Source: Hemiscyllium ocellatum
Lineage: Eukaryota
Assembly: GCF_020745735.1 (NCBI RefSeq)
Contig: NC_083433.1
Coordinates: forward strand, 12,721,363-12,785,362
Length of the DNA stretch: 64,000 nucleotides
Direction of reading: 5' to 3'
Shown here: positions 1 to 13,139 of the stretch, piece by piece
Layout of the letters: the number at the start of each line of letters is the position of its first letter
Numbering within the stretch: the stretch's first letter is position 1
Program-made: the position numbers and the translations under genes
Notes under the pieces: model-generated
The model's input: the letters and a program-made list of their open reading frames with translations, nothing else
The model's database searches: none
Told to the model about the DNA's origin: nothing

Positions 1-92
1 TTCTTTAATTATGTTCAAGTTATTCAACATAGCCACTTTTGACATTATCCAGAGAAAGAGGAAGTGGGACACTAACAGTATTCAATGCCCCA

Positions 93-1426
<1,334 letters not shown>

Positions 1427-1607
1427 CTGAAAAGAAGAATTTCTATCCTGTTAACACATCACACACAATGACCCAAGTAATCCCAGACTTCTGGGTGATT
1501 CAGTGACAGAATTAAGGGTCTTTACTTGAGCAGTGTTGTTCCTCAGGACAAACTAGCTCAGCTAGCTTCACAACTATGCAGCAACTCTAGGGATAGAAAG
1601 GAGCTAC

Positions 1608-2342
1608 AGTCATAGTCAAAGATGTACAGCATGGAAACAGACCCTCCGGTTCAACCTGTCCATGCCAACCAGATATCTCAACACAATCTAGTCCTACCTG
1701 CCAGCCTGTATTCCACCAAACCCTTCCTATACATATACCCATCCAGATGCCTTTTAAAATGTTCCAATTTTACCCACCTCCACCACTTCCCCAGCAGTTC
1801 ATTCCATACTCGTACCAGCCTCAGCGTGAAAAAAAATGCCCCTTGGGTCTCATCTTTCCCCTCTCACCCTAAACCTGTGCCCTCTAGTTCTGGACTTCCA
1901 GACCCCAGGGAAAAGGCTGTGTATTTATCTGATCCATGCCCATCATGATTTTGTAAACCTCGGACGCTCCAGGGAAAACAGCTGCAGCCTGTTCAGCCTC
2001 TCCTTGTTGCTCAGATCCTCCAACCCTGGCAACATCCTTGTAAATCTTTTCTGAACCCTTTCGAGTTTCACAATATTTTTCCAATAGGAAGGAGACCAGA
2101 ATTGCATGCAATATTCCAACGGTGGCCTACCCAATTTCCTGTACAGCCACATCATGACCTGACTCCTCCCCCCCCACCCCTCCTGTACTCAATACTCCTG
2201 ACTAATAAAGCATACTAAACATCTTCACTATCCTATCTACCTGCAACTCCACTTTCAAGGAGCTATGAACCTGCACTCCAAGGTTTCTTTGGAGAGACAC
2301 ACTCCTTAGGACCTTACCATTAAGGTGTAACAGTCCTGCTAA
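1608..2342 (-). mobile_element. CR1-clade (HER1-like) LINE 3' fragment
   Basis: Decayed ORF2 C-terminus LYRKLGRPPLEYCMQFWSP...LERVQKRFTRMLPGL and tail ...CTGTTTCCATGCTGTACATC..ACTATGAC. Confidence 0.85.
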
Positions 2343-2910
2343 CATTTGAACACCTGCACTGAACACCCTGAGTTCACCTCCTAACCAGTAATATTTAGTC
2401 CTTGCCCAACATTAGAAAAAGAGCGCGATGACCAAAAAAGTGTGAATATATTGTTTTCAAGCTGGGACAGGTGCAAAAACATGAGACACAGACTTTATTC
2501 AGGTTGAAGTACAAACATGTCCTAAAATAGCTCTGTATTGTCTTTGCAGACAGACAAGCATCACATTGGAATCAAAGTTTCCCTGTAGTTAAGGGACAAA
2601 AGGACATTATATTCAGACAGGTGTGAATTTACTTTCAGAGTAAAGGAGGGAGTCTGACAACTGAATAGACTTATTACACTCCATCAGGAAGAGTTTAGAT
2701 AGTGGACACCGCCCACTACTCTTCAGCAAAACATCACCACATCCTTCAGCCAGATTCAGTTATTTTCAGCATCAAATATACTTTAATCATTAAATTAAAT
2801 ACATAGTCACTAAAACAGCTTGGATCTATGTAGGAACATAGAACAAAAACAAACAAACACTGGAGCTTGAATCTTTTGGATAGAGTCAGTCTTAACCCCA
2901 CAGAGACTCC

Positions 2911-3010
2911 CAAAGACTGAGAGATAGGAGGCAGTCAGCTCTATGTTAATCTGTTTGTTAACAGCAGCTTCACAATCCTGGTGATAGTTTTGACAAACCT
3001 GGGAGGCCAT
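2911..3010 (-). pseudogene. Disabled ferritin exon 1 (exon 1a, proximal to copy 1)
   Basis: Reads [30 protein letters not shown], then a 2-nt deletion (CTCTCAGTCTTTG vs CTCTATCAGTCTTTG). The donor is destroyed (TTG/GGAGT instead of TTG/GTGAGT or GTAAGT). Confidence 0.85.
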
Positions 3011-3074
3011 TTTGTTAATACAATTCCTAAATAACAAACTCCCTCTCTTAAAAACCCACTATCATGGAAATTGG

Positions 3075-3225
3075 ATTTATACTCTAGGAGCAGGCCCACA
3101 ATTTATTAAACAGGAAATGACATCAGTGATGCCAATCACTCTTGCTAATCACGCAAAAAGCTAGCATGTCCGATCGGATTCCAGTCAGCACAATATGGGA
3201 TCTTGGGTCTCATGAGCCAATCAGA
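3075..3225 (-). promoter_or_regulatory. Promoter of exon 1a (TATA, ETS/CRE-like, CCAAT)
   Basis: TATAAAT at 3075-3081 (minus). CAGGAAATGACATCA and two CCAAT boxes, homologous to the other copies. Confidence 0.6.
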
Positions 3226-3659
3226 ATGTTAAAGGTCTCCTTCGATGGCAACTCAATGTTCATGTCATTGTTCATTAATCTGTGACAATCTTCACACGCC
3301 AAATGCAAACTCAGTAAGTGTCTATAAATGCTTATGAAATATTCATCAGAACCTTGTCCTTAATGGGCTGTGTACATAAGTTGATCAACCAGAAACACCA
3401 GTGATTTATTGGTGGTAGTTAAGAGATGACAATTGCCTCAGGTGATTTGATGTTGGGTAAAACTGTTCAGTTGTGTATGGTAGCAGTTCGGGATATTAAA
3501 AAAAAACACTAGAACTGCATTTGGTCAGCTGAGAGCAGATGTTATGATAAGCTTGACCAAACCAGAGGAGCTGAGTTAATTTATTTCCTTGGAGGACTCT
3601 TCTTCCTGACTCCTGGCTGACAGTATTGAAACACTGACAAAATAATAGGTCCAGGGATG

Positions 3660-4315
3660 GCAAGAATGGTATTACCACTCAATTATTCATACAGTGACCC
3701 AGGCAATGTTCAGTGGAACTGGGTTCAAATCCGACCATGGCAAGTGTGGAATTTGAATTCAACAAAAATAAAAATCTGGAATTAGGAGTCTAATAATGCG
3801 GTGTGCAGCATGGCAGCTCAGTGGTTAGCACTGTTGCCTCACTGCACCAGGGTCCCAGGTTCAATTCCAGCCTCATGACTGTGAAGTTTGCACATTCTCC
3901 CCGTGTCTGTGTGGGTTTTCTCTGGGTGCTCCGGTTTCCTTCCACAGTCCAAAGATGTGCGGACCAGGTGAATTGGCCATGCTAAATTGCCCGTAGTGTT
4001 CAGGGATGTGTAGGTTATATGCATTAGTTAGGGGGAGTGGGTCTGGATGGTTTCCCTTTGGAGGGTGGGTGTGAACTTGTTTGGCTGAAGGGCCCATTTC
4101 CACACTGTAGGGATTCTATGACCGTGAAGCCGTTGTTTATGGGCAGGAAAAACTCATCTCGTTCACTAATGTCCTTTAGGGAAGGAAATATCCCATCCTT
4201 ACCTGATCTGGCCTACATGTGACTCCAGACCAACAGGAATGTGGTTGACTCAAAACTGTCCTCTGGGTAATTAGCCATGGGCAATAAATGCAGTGACACC
4301 CACACCCTGTGAAGG
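3660..4315 (+). mobile_element. Second tRNA-derived SINE family, split by the nested SINE (parts ~3660-3800 and ~4122-4315)
   Basis: B box GGTTCAAATCC at ~3722; body resumes with GTTCACTAATGTCCTTTAGGGAAGGAAAT...GGCCTACATGTGACTCCAGAC. A decayed relative is at ~8030-8225. Confidence 0.65.
3805..4121 (+). mobile_element. HE1-like tRNA-derived SINE, nested in another SINE
   Basis: A box GCTCAGTGG and B box GGTTCAATTCC, conserved body, tail CACACTGTAGGGATTCTATGA resembling the LINE 3' end. Confidence 0.85.
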
Positions 4316-4340
4316 GGTTAAAGGCCTCGTTTCTGAAGCT

Positions 4341-4652
4341 AGAACCATACAATCCCTATAGTGTGGAAGCAGGCCATTCACCCATTGAGACCACACGGAC
4401 CTTCTGAAGAGCATCACACCCATACCTACCCCATCAGCCTGCATTTCTCATGGCTAACTCACCTAGCCTGCCTGTTCTGGGATACTATGGACAGTTTGGC
4501 CAATTCACCCTAACCGGCACACCTTTGGAGTGTGGGAGGAAACCCATCAGACAGAGGGAGAATATGCCAACTCTACACAGGCACAGTCGCTCGAGGATGG
4601 CATTGAACCTGGTCCCTGGTGCCATGAGGCAGCAATGCTAATCACTGAGTCA
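4341..4652 (-). mobile_element. HE1-like SINE, degraded
   Basis: Reverse complement of the same head, body and tail. Confidence 0.75.
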
Positions 4653-5639
4653 GTGTCACCACTTGGCATATGTTCTCAAAGAGAGCCCTCACTCCATGGA
4701 ACCTGCAGTGTGCCCCTTCTACAGGATGAGCTGCAGCAACTTGTAAATATTTCTTTTGACAGCCTCTCCCGAACCTACATCCTCCATCCAGACAAAGGAA
4801 GCAAACGCAAGTGACTAACACAACCTCTAGATTTCTCCTGTGAGACCCCACCCCCATGACACACTAGGTCCATCGTCGTCACTGAGTCGGAATCCTGGAA
4901 CTCCCTACGTCCCAGTGCAGATCAAGGTGACAGTCCAGCGTTCCCCCTAAATACTGGCTTCACCAGCCAATCTCCCATCACCAGAATAAAGTGAATGGAA
5001 GACTTAAGGACTGAAATTTGGAACATTTACTTTATTTCTTATTTACTACTTTATAGTGAGAAGAACTGTAATGTTGAACTTTTAACTTTTATTTTATCTT
5101 TCTACTTTTTACATCAGGTTTTGTACCTGTGTCCCTTGTATCTAAGATGGTGCTGTAAATGGCCACATTGTAAACTTTTCACTGTATTCCTGTATCTCTG
5201 CACTTGCGTACATTAGGCAATCAAATCTAATTCTAATATTAGAGTGTTATTTCCAGGCCATCAGTGAAAAAAAAAGGAACAAGAAGCTTACAGGTTGAAA
5301 TTAGCAGGGCAGAAAGAGTTAGAGAGAGAGCCTGTTTTCACATAGCTTACTGTTGAATTCCCAACTAGTTCTGAACTGCACTGATCAACTAAAGAGCTGA
5401 CCACTCCATTTTCATTATACAGGTCACTTCTAAAACATGACCACTTTGGCCTGAAGTCTCATCTGTTTACATATAAACAAAAGGCCTCAAAATCCTTTTT
5501 GTCTCTGTACCAAACCAGACTGATCAGAGCCCAGTGTGGTTTATGACCCATCCGTCAAAAAAATCAAGTACACAATATCCTTGAGAAAAGGAACAGCTTT
5601 TAGAGAAAAGGGTGCAGCTTTGTGACCTGCAATACAGTA

Positions 5640-5915
5640 AACAATCTTCAACTAAAACTTTCATCTTTTATAATGGGATGTACTGGTTTCTATTCTTTGA
5701 GATGTAAATCCCAGAATTTCTTTTAAACTACATTCTTAAGATAACACCTAGCCTTTAAAAGGCTGAGCTAACTCTGTCTGTGCCTCAATTCTACGTCAGA
5801 CTGACAAACCCTCTGTACAGTTCTACAGAGATTTACATGGATTCATGCAGTTAGAGCAAAATAAAGCATCATTCTGCAAAAAACAAATTCACTCCATAAG
5901 CTTACATGTGTGCAT
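5640..5915 (-). mobile_element. Fragment related to the Penelope-like 3' region
   Basis: Reverse complement resembles 11745-12040 (GGAGTGAATTTG..TGCAGA; CTGGGATTTACAT). Confidence 0.5.
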
Positions 5916-6359
5916 GGCAGATTGAGTTTCCTTTTGCCTTGGGCAAAATTTGTAATCCTACACTGTTCCGGTCAGAATCAATGAAAGTGGATTTTTCTTT
6001 CACGTCAGGCGTTCCTGGGATATTGCTGTTGGGAAATGGTGAGTGGAATTTCTCCAGCTCTGTGTGGGGAAGGTTCCAGAAAAATAGCGAAGGGGTTGTG
6101 TCATGGAGGGCTGTCCTGTGTATTCCAGTGACCGAATGATTGAGAGGTGCGTCAGATACCCACTGAATAAAGAAGGACAACCAACTTAAATAGTTAAGGC
6201 CCTAATAGAGGACTCAGAGGTAACAGAAGGAAAACTGTGTCTAATTCAGGTAGGTGCACTTTACCATCTGGGTGCAAATTATGATTTATGATTTTCATTT
6301 CAAAGCTATGTAGTCTGATACTGAAGATACTTCCCTTAGCTCCCTAATCATCTGGTTAA

Positions 6360-6585
6360 GTACATGTACGAACAGATTCAAAATCAGCTGCTTCCCTGCT
6401 GTTATCAGACATTTGAAGAGACCTCTCAAATGTTATGTTGATCTCTGTGGGGCTGTAACACTACATTCTGCACTCTGTTCTGCCACCCTGATGCACTTTG
6501 TATGTATGAGCTGCCTGGTAGAACACAAAACAACACCTTTCACGGTATCTCGGTACATGTGACAACAATAAATTAAATCTTAAAT
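6360..6585 (+). mobile_element. LINE 3' end (Rex1/L2-like)
   Basis: TNRFK.S.FPAVIR-like terminal coding remnant, followed by a 3' UTR with AATAAA and an AAAT-rich tail. Confidence 0.55.
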
Positions 6586-6655
6586 ACACAGAGGGATGTG
6601 GAACCCAACATAGAGGTGTGTTTCCAGATTATAAACAGATGGATATGTCCTAATG

Positions 6656-6984
6656 TGGAGCAAAGGGCTCAGTGGTTAGCATTGCTGCTTCACAGCACCA
6701 GGGTCCTGGGTTAAATTCCAGCCTCAGGTGATTGTCTGTGTGGAGTTTGCACATTCTTCCCAGTGTCTGCGTGGGTTTCCTCCGGGCGCTCCGGTTTCCT
6801 CCCACAATCCAAAGATATGCAGGTTAGGTGAATTGGCCATGCTAAATTGCCCGTGGTGTTAGATGCATTAGTCAGGGGTAAATATAGGGTAGGGGAATGG
6901 GTCTGGTTGGGTTAGTCTTCGGAAGGGCGGTGTGGACTTGATGGGCCGAAGGGCCTGTTTCCATACTGTAGAGAATCTAATCTA
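6656..6984 (+). mobile_element. HE1-like SINE
   Basis: tRNA head, full body, AATCT-repeat tail. Confidence 0.88.
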
Positions 6985-7311
6985 AAAAAACCCCTGAGAT
7001 TGCTGGAAAAGCTCAGCAGGACTGGCAGCATGTATGGAGAGAAATCAGAGTTAATACTTCAGGTCCAATGACCCTTCTAATGTGTGTTCCTTGGGTCTTC
7101 ACACCAGTTCAGGCCAGATTTCTAGGGTACTTTTAAGCAACATTTCTTACATGATACCATGACCATAGAGCCATAAGTTCAGGTTCTGACCTCCCAGCAG
7201 AGTATGAGTACATGATCAGGGGAAATCACAGTGACATCACAACTTACCTCAGAAGCACATGACCCTCATCACTTAACCCTATCCCTAAAAGATGGCCCCA
7301 ACCTAACGTTA

Positions 7312-7542
7312 GAGCTGAAAATGTGTTGCTGTAAAAGTGCAGCAGGTCAGGCAGCATCCAAGGAGCAGGAGATTCAATGTTTCGGGCATGAGCCCTTCAG
7401 GAATGAGCCGTTCTTCATTCCTGAAGGGCTCAAGCCCGAAACTTCGATTCTCCTGCTCCTTGGATGCTGCCTGACCTGCTGCGCTTTTCCAGCAACACAT
7501 TTTCAGCTCTAATCTCCAGCATCTGCAGTCCTCACTTTCTCC
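7312..7542. mobile_element. Palindromic insertion (inverted Penelope-type pseudo-LTR) with target-site duplication
   Basis: 96-bp inverted arms 7311-7406 and 7415-7510. Direct repeat CCCCAACCTAACGTTA at 7296-7311 and 7541-7556. Confidence 0.85.
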
Positions 7543-8369
7543 CCAACCTAACGTTACCCAAACATCTCCTTATGGAAGAATTCCTACTGAACATCGAGGA
7601 GCAGGAGCACGTGAGAAGAAAGCCACATGAGGGGGCAGAGAATGACTGTTTTTTGTAGCTTTCCAATGTCAGGGAAAAACACCTTATAGTGTCAACTTGG
7701 AGTTTTTTAATCCCCCATCATGTCTTTATCATAAGTACATCAACATTTATAACATGGCTGTGAATGACTCCAAACACTGGTCCCCTCAGTCTGAAGAGGA
7801 ACAGGGAGTGTCGCTGGGAGATAGAAACCTTCTCATCTGTTCTCCATCCTCCAGTTATCTGAAGGGAGGGTCAGAGTAATAATAGCAAAGTCCTAGCGTT
7901 CTCCTTTATATGTTTCATACAAGATTCCCAGTCCAATGTTCGGGGGCCAATGAGTTCAAATTTCTCCACGTCGTTGGCAGGTTTACCCAACACCATCTAA
8001 TTTAGATCACACAACCTTTGACAGGTATTAAAAAAAATCCAGCTGGTTCACCAAATCCTTTTGTGAAAGGTATTGCCAGTTCTTACCCAGTTTGGTCTAG
8101 GTGGCTTCAGTACTTCGTTCATATGGATGGCATATTTGACCCTGAACTGGGCTAGTAAACAAATCATTTCAATGGATATTGACATGGGGGGTAAAAATGT
8201 TGGTTTTCTTAATCCTATCCTGTGAATTAGCAGAGCACTATGGATGCATGGAAGAATCCTTGCTGATTTTTCAGTATTTTTCTGTCAATTTTGGTTTGGA
8301 GCTGAAGAGAACTTGACTTTCTTTTTTGAAGCTGCGAGTGGTTTAAAAAAAAAGAGAACAAATCATACA

Positions 8370-9860
8370 CAGTCAGAGATGGAAACAGACCATTCGGTCC
8401 AACTCGTCCGTACCGACCAGAAATCCTCACATATTCCAGTCCCATTTAGACTCAGTCAGAGATGTGCAACATGGAAACAGACCCTTCGGTCCAAACTGTC
8501 CATGCTGACCAGATATCCCAACCTCATCTAGTCCCACCTGCCAGCTCCCGGCCCATATCCCTCCAAACCCTTCCTATTCATATACCCCTCCAGATGCCTT
8601 TTAAATGTTGCAATTGTACCACTTCCCCTGGCAGCTCATTCCATATGCATACCACCGTCTGCATGAAAAGGTTGCCACTTCAGTCCCTTTTATATCTTTC
8701 CCCTTTCACCCTCAACCTATGCCCTCTAGTTCTGGACTCCTCCACCTCAGGGAAAAGACCTTGTCTATTTACCCTTTCCATGCCCCTCATGATTTTGTAA
8801 ACCTCTATCAGGTCACCCCTCAGCCTCCGATGCACCAGGGAATACAACCCTAGCCTGTTCAGCCTCTCCCTATAGCTCAAATCCTCCAACCCTGGCAATA
8901 TCCTTGTAAATCTTTTCTGAACCTTTTCACGTCTCACAACATCTTTGCAATAGGAGGAGACTGGAATTGCATATAATATGCCAAAAGTGGCCTGACCAAG
9001 GTCCTGTACAGCTGCAACATGACCTCCCAACTCCTGTACTCAATACTATGACCATTAAAGAAAAGCCTAACAAACACCTTCATGATCATATCTACCTGTA
9101 ACTCCACTTTAATGGAGCTATGAACCTGCACTCCAAGGTTCCTTTGTTCAGCAATACTCACTAGGACCTTACCTTTAAGTGTATAAGTCCTGCTAAGATT
9201 TGCTTTTCCAAAATGCAATACCTCAATTTATCTAAATTAAACTCCATCTGCCACTTCTCAGCCCATTGGCCCATCTGGTCAAGATCCTGTTCTAATCTGG
9301 GGAACCTTCTCTACTGTCCACTACACCTCCAATTTTGGTGTCATCTGCAAACTTAAACTATACCTCTTATGCTCACATCCAAATCATTTATATAAATGAT
9401 AAAAAGTAATAGACCCAGCACTGATCCTGGTGGCACTCCACTGGTCACAGGCCTCCAGTCTGAAAAACAACCCTCCATCACCACCCTCTGTCTTCTACCT
9501 TTGAGCCAGTTCTGTATCCAAATGGCTAGTTCTCCCTGTATTCCATGAGATCTAACCTTGCTAACCACTCTCCTATGGGGGAACCTTGTCAAACGCCTTA
9601 CTGAAGTCCATATAGATCACACCTACTGCTCTGCCCTCATTAATCCTCTTTGTTACTTCTTCAAAAAAACTCAATCAAATTTGAGAGACTTGATTTCCCA
9701 TGCACAAAGCCATGTTGACTATCCCTAATCAGTCCTTTCCAAATACATGTACATCTTGTCCCTCAGGATTCCCTTCAACAACTTGCCCACCACTGATGTC
9801 AAACTCACCTGTCTATAGTTCTCTGGCTTGTCCCTGCCACCTTTCTTAAATAGTGGCTAA
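8370..9860 (-). mobile_element. CR1-clade (HER1-like) LINE fragment with RT domain; tail present twice (~8370-8445 and from ~8452)
   Basis: RT motifs [24 protein letters not shown] and KFADDTKI (9331-9354), C-terminal VQKRFTRILPGL...RRLRGDLIEVYKIM; frameshifted. Confidence 0.92.
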
Positions 9861-10119
9861 TCTGGTGTCAATCTTCAGTCTTCTGGCACTTTCAGGCCAG
9901 GATATGACTAGCATTCACTTCAATACTTCTACTCAAGCCAAAATATCATTGATAAAACACAGCCATAATCCCTATTGCAGTCTCAAAGTTAGTATGTTTG
10001 TTTAGGATGACCACAAAAAAAAACCAATGCTAGCAAGAGATTTAAAAGTAGCCAAACAGAGGATGATTAACCATTGGTACATCAATTCCCACAATATGGT
10101 TGGCCCAGCTATCTAAAAG

Positions 10120-10432
10120 GAGAATCAGAATCACCATGGGAAAGGTCATTTAGCCCATCAAGTCAACACCAACCCTCCCAAAGAGCATCCCACCCAGATC
10201 CACACCATTACCTTATGTATATAACTTGCATTTTACATGGCAAGCAGACCTATCCTGCACATGACTAGAACTATGACATACTAGACTACCCAATCTACCT
10301 AACCAACACATCTTTGGACTGCAGGCAGAAAGAAAGAGGAGAGTCTGTGTGGAGTTTACACATTTGCCCAAATTAAATCCAGGGCCCTGACAGTGAGGTA
10401 GCAGTGCTAACCACTGAACCACCATGCCACCC
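10120..10432 (-). mobile_element. HE1-like SINE, degraded
   Basis: Reverse head GCAGTGCTAACCACTGAACCACC and tail AGAATCAGAATC. Confidence 0.75.
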
Positions 10433-10743
10433 TAAGAGTATCCAGTTTTCACAAACTTCGAGGCAGGGGTGGGGTAGGAAATGACAGTTACTAGTCAGTC
10501 ACAACCCAATAAGATTGTAAAGTAACCCCAAGAACACTTCACCCACCATACATCACTTGAAGACCAACTGGGACATCAGTTATTTTACATCACAGACACA
10601 TATTCCATTGTTACAATAACATTTATCTTGACTCTTTCAGTAAAAGCAACAAAAGTCAAGAGTATCAAGTTAATTAGAAACAAGGAAAACAGTTTAATTC
10701 ACATAATAGTTTTAATATTAATCCCCACTGAGACAACACTTAC

Positions 10744-10845
10744 CAAAGACTGATAGAGATAGGAGGCAGTGAGCTCCAGGTTAATCTGTTTGTTGATAGC
10801 AGCTTCACAATCCTGGTGATAGTTTTGACAAATTTGGGAGGCCAT
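10744..10845 (-). CDS. Intact orphan ferritin exon 1 (exon 1b), [34 protein letters not shown]
   Basis: 102 nt, ATG at 10845, donor GTAAGT at 10743-10738, own TATA/CCAAT promoter. No ferritin exons 2-4 are seen between 3010 and 10744. Confidence 0.8.
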
Positions 10846-10954
10846 TTTTTTTGATGAAAACAATGCTACTTTCCTCCTCAAACCAATTCAAAGCCCAACC
10901 ATAAACTTAGGACAAACACCAACAATATCTAGAACAGTACTACCTTTGAATTTT

Positions 10955-11100
10955 TATTTATACCCAAGGTGCAGACTCTTAGTTTTATTAAACAGGAAAT
11001 GACCTAATCAGTGATAGCCAATCACTCTTGTTAATCAGTTGATCAGCTGCCATGTCCAATCAGCGCAGGATGGGAATTGGATCCAGCAGCCAATCAGAAT
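10955..11100 (-). promoter_or_regulatory. Promoter of orphan exon 1b
   Basis: TATAAATA at 10955-10962 (minus), CAGGAAATGAC, three CCAAT boxes. Confidence 0.65.
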
Positions 11101-11239
11101 TGATAACTGGTCGGTGATGGAATTGCTGATTGACCTTTAACCACCTGCACAAGTGCAAATTCTGTAAGTATATCTACCTGAAAATGACACTAAAACATAT
11201 TCTAAAACTTCACTATTGTATCTGAGGTTGTGAGTTAAG

Positions 11240-12272
11240 ACATGGGAGGGAAGCCTTCATGGTACACTGACAAGACCAAGCAGATGCTACGACAATGATG
11301 AATAGACACCGCGCAACAGTCAGCAAACAGGGGTGTTCCCTCCCAGTCCAAGGAACATTCAGTGGCCACGGACATTCGGCCTCGGATATTCAAGTGACCA
11401 GCCTCCAAGGCGGACTTCAGGCTACACAGCAACGCAGAGTGGCTGAGCAAAGGCTGATAGCCAAGTTCTGAACCCATGAGGATGGCCTTAACTAGGACCT
11501 TGGCTTCATGTCACACTACAGGTGACCCAACTACACTATACACTCTCTCACAAACACACTCACTCACGCAGACCCTTTCGCATACACACAGCCTCTCTCA
11601 TACACACACACACATACACCCCACACTCACATACCCTCTCACAGGGTTACACTCCATCACACCCACACACACTTTACCAAGCATGCACACATGCAAACAC
11701 GCACTCTCCCATGCGCACACTCATACTCTCTCTCTGTCTCATGTATGCACACAAACATACAAGTCTTTGGAGTGAATTTGCATTTGCAGATACATTCTAT
11801 TTTGCTCAAAAACCTGCAGGCAGTCAATGCAGGCAATCAATCCATGTAATATTTTTTAAATTCCAACTTTGAAAATAGAACCAGTCTGACTCAAGATTGG
11901 GATACAGACAGACTCTAACCTCATACCTTTAATGCATTGTCTGAGCTGAGATGTCACCTTTTTTAATAAAACCTTAAGTTAAGTCAAGAAGGTAACTTAA
12001 AAGTAGTTCTGGGATTTACATATTAATGAACCAAAACCTGCAACCTAAGACCTAACAGCAATCTAGGTTTGTTCAATATAGCATTTCAGTTGCATGACAC
12101 TATAATCTCTTGCTATAAATTGTGTCTTTTGATCCTGTTCCACAACTACTTGATGAAGGAGCAGCGCACCGAAAGCTAGTGCTTCCAAATAAACCTGTTG
12201 GACTATAACCTGGTGTGGTGTGATTTTTAACTTTGTCCACCCCAGTCCAACACCTGCTCCTCCACAACATGG
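11240..12272 (+). mobile_element. Penelope-like element 3' fragment: GIY-YIG endonuclease C-terminus, CA-rich tract (~11530-11760), pseudo-LTR with decayed hammerhead
   Basis: Decayed frame ..KQMLRQ.MNRHRAT..LPV.EH.SGHGHSASD..QQRRVAEQRLIAKF.THEDGLN.DLGFMSHYR*, the HF...GLN signature of PLE endonucleases. TGATGA..GAAA motif at 12150-12174. Confidence 0.8.
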
Positions 12273-13139
12273 CCTTAGTGACTTCAACACTAGAGGGGAT
12301 AGGTTTAAGGCAAGAGGTGAAAGATTTAAAAGGGGACCTGAGTAGCAACTTTTTCAGAGGGAGGGTGCTGCGTACATGGAATGAGCTGCCAGAGGAAGTG
12401 GAGGAGGTGGGTACAAATACAGCATTTCAAAGACGTTTGGAGAGATACATGAATAGGAAGGTTTTACAGGAATATGGGCTGTATGCAGGCAAGTGTGTCT
12501 AGTTCAGTTTTGGAAACCCAGGCAGCATGGACAGGTTGGGCTGAAAGGAATGTAAGACTCTGACTCTAATGGTGTACAACAGCATGTTCCTTTAGGGTGG
12601 CACGGTGGTTAGCACTGCTGTCTCACAGCACCAGGGGCCTGGGTTTGATTCCAGCCTTGGGTGACTGTGTGGAGTTTGCATGTTCTCCCCATATCTGTGT
12701 GGGTTTCCTCCCTGTGCAGGTTCTGTGGATCAGCCATGGGAAATGCAGGGTTAAGGGGATGGAGTGGGCCTGAACAGGAAGCTGTTCACATGGTTGGTGC
12801 AGACTCAATGGGTTGAACAGTCTCAGAGGGAGTCTGTCGGCATAACTTGATTGTTTACGATAAAAGGTGTTATGTTGTGGAACACCTCCCTAAAGGCTGC
12901 AGTGTATGCTCACTGCAAAATTCACTCAAAACTATCACCAGGAGAGTCCCCTCCCTAACCCACGATCCCTGAAACCCCAAAGATAAAGGAGCAGTTGTAC
13001 AGGAGAGTCAGCATCTCCAGGTTTCCTTTCAGAAGGACAGCACTCCCCAACTTGGAGAGAAATCACTGCTCCTTCAACATCACTGGGTCAAATCAAACTG
13101 CATCAGGAGAACCCTCCACCCTATGGGAAGCTAAGATTG

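Noticed and set aside
2810-2910. Alternative donor or read-through rescuing exon 1a
   Set aside because: The nearby in-phase GT sites (CA/GTCTTT, GG/GTTAAG) are poor matches to the donor consensus, and read-through gives non-ferritin sequence and a stop.
3805-3875. tRNA-like sequences with A and B boxes
   Set aside because: These are SINE heads continuing into SINE bodies, not tRNA genes.
5260-5626. Possible solo LTR fragment on the minus strand
   Set aside because: No paired terminus, PBS or TSD could be confirmed by eye.
11476-11872. His/Thr-rich ORFs
   Set aside because: Translation of the CA-rich low-complexity tract within the Penelope-like element.
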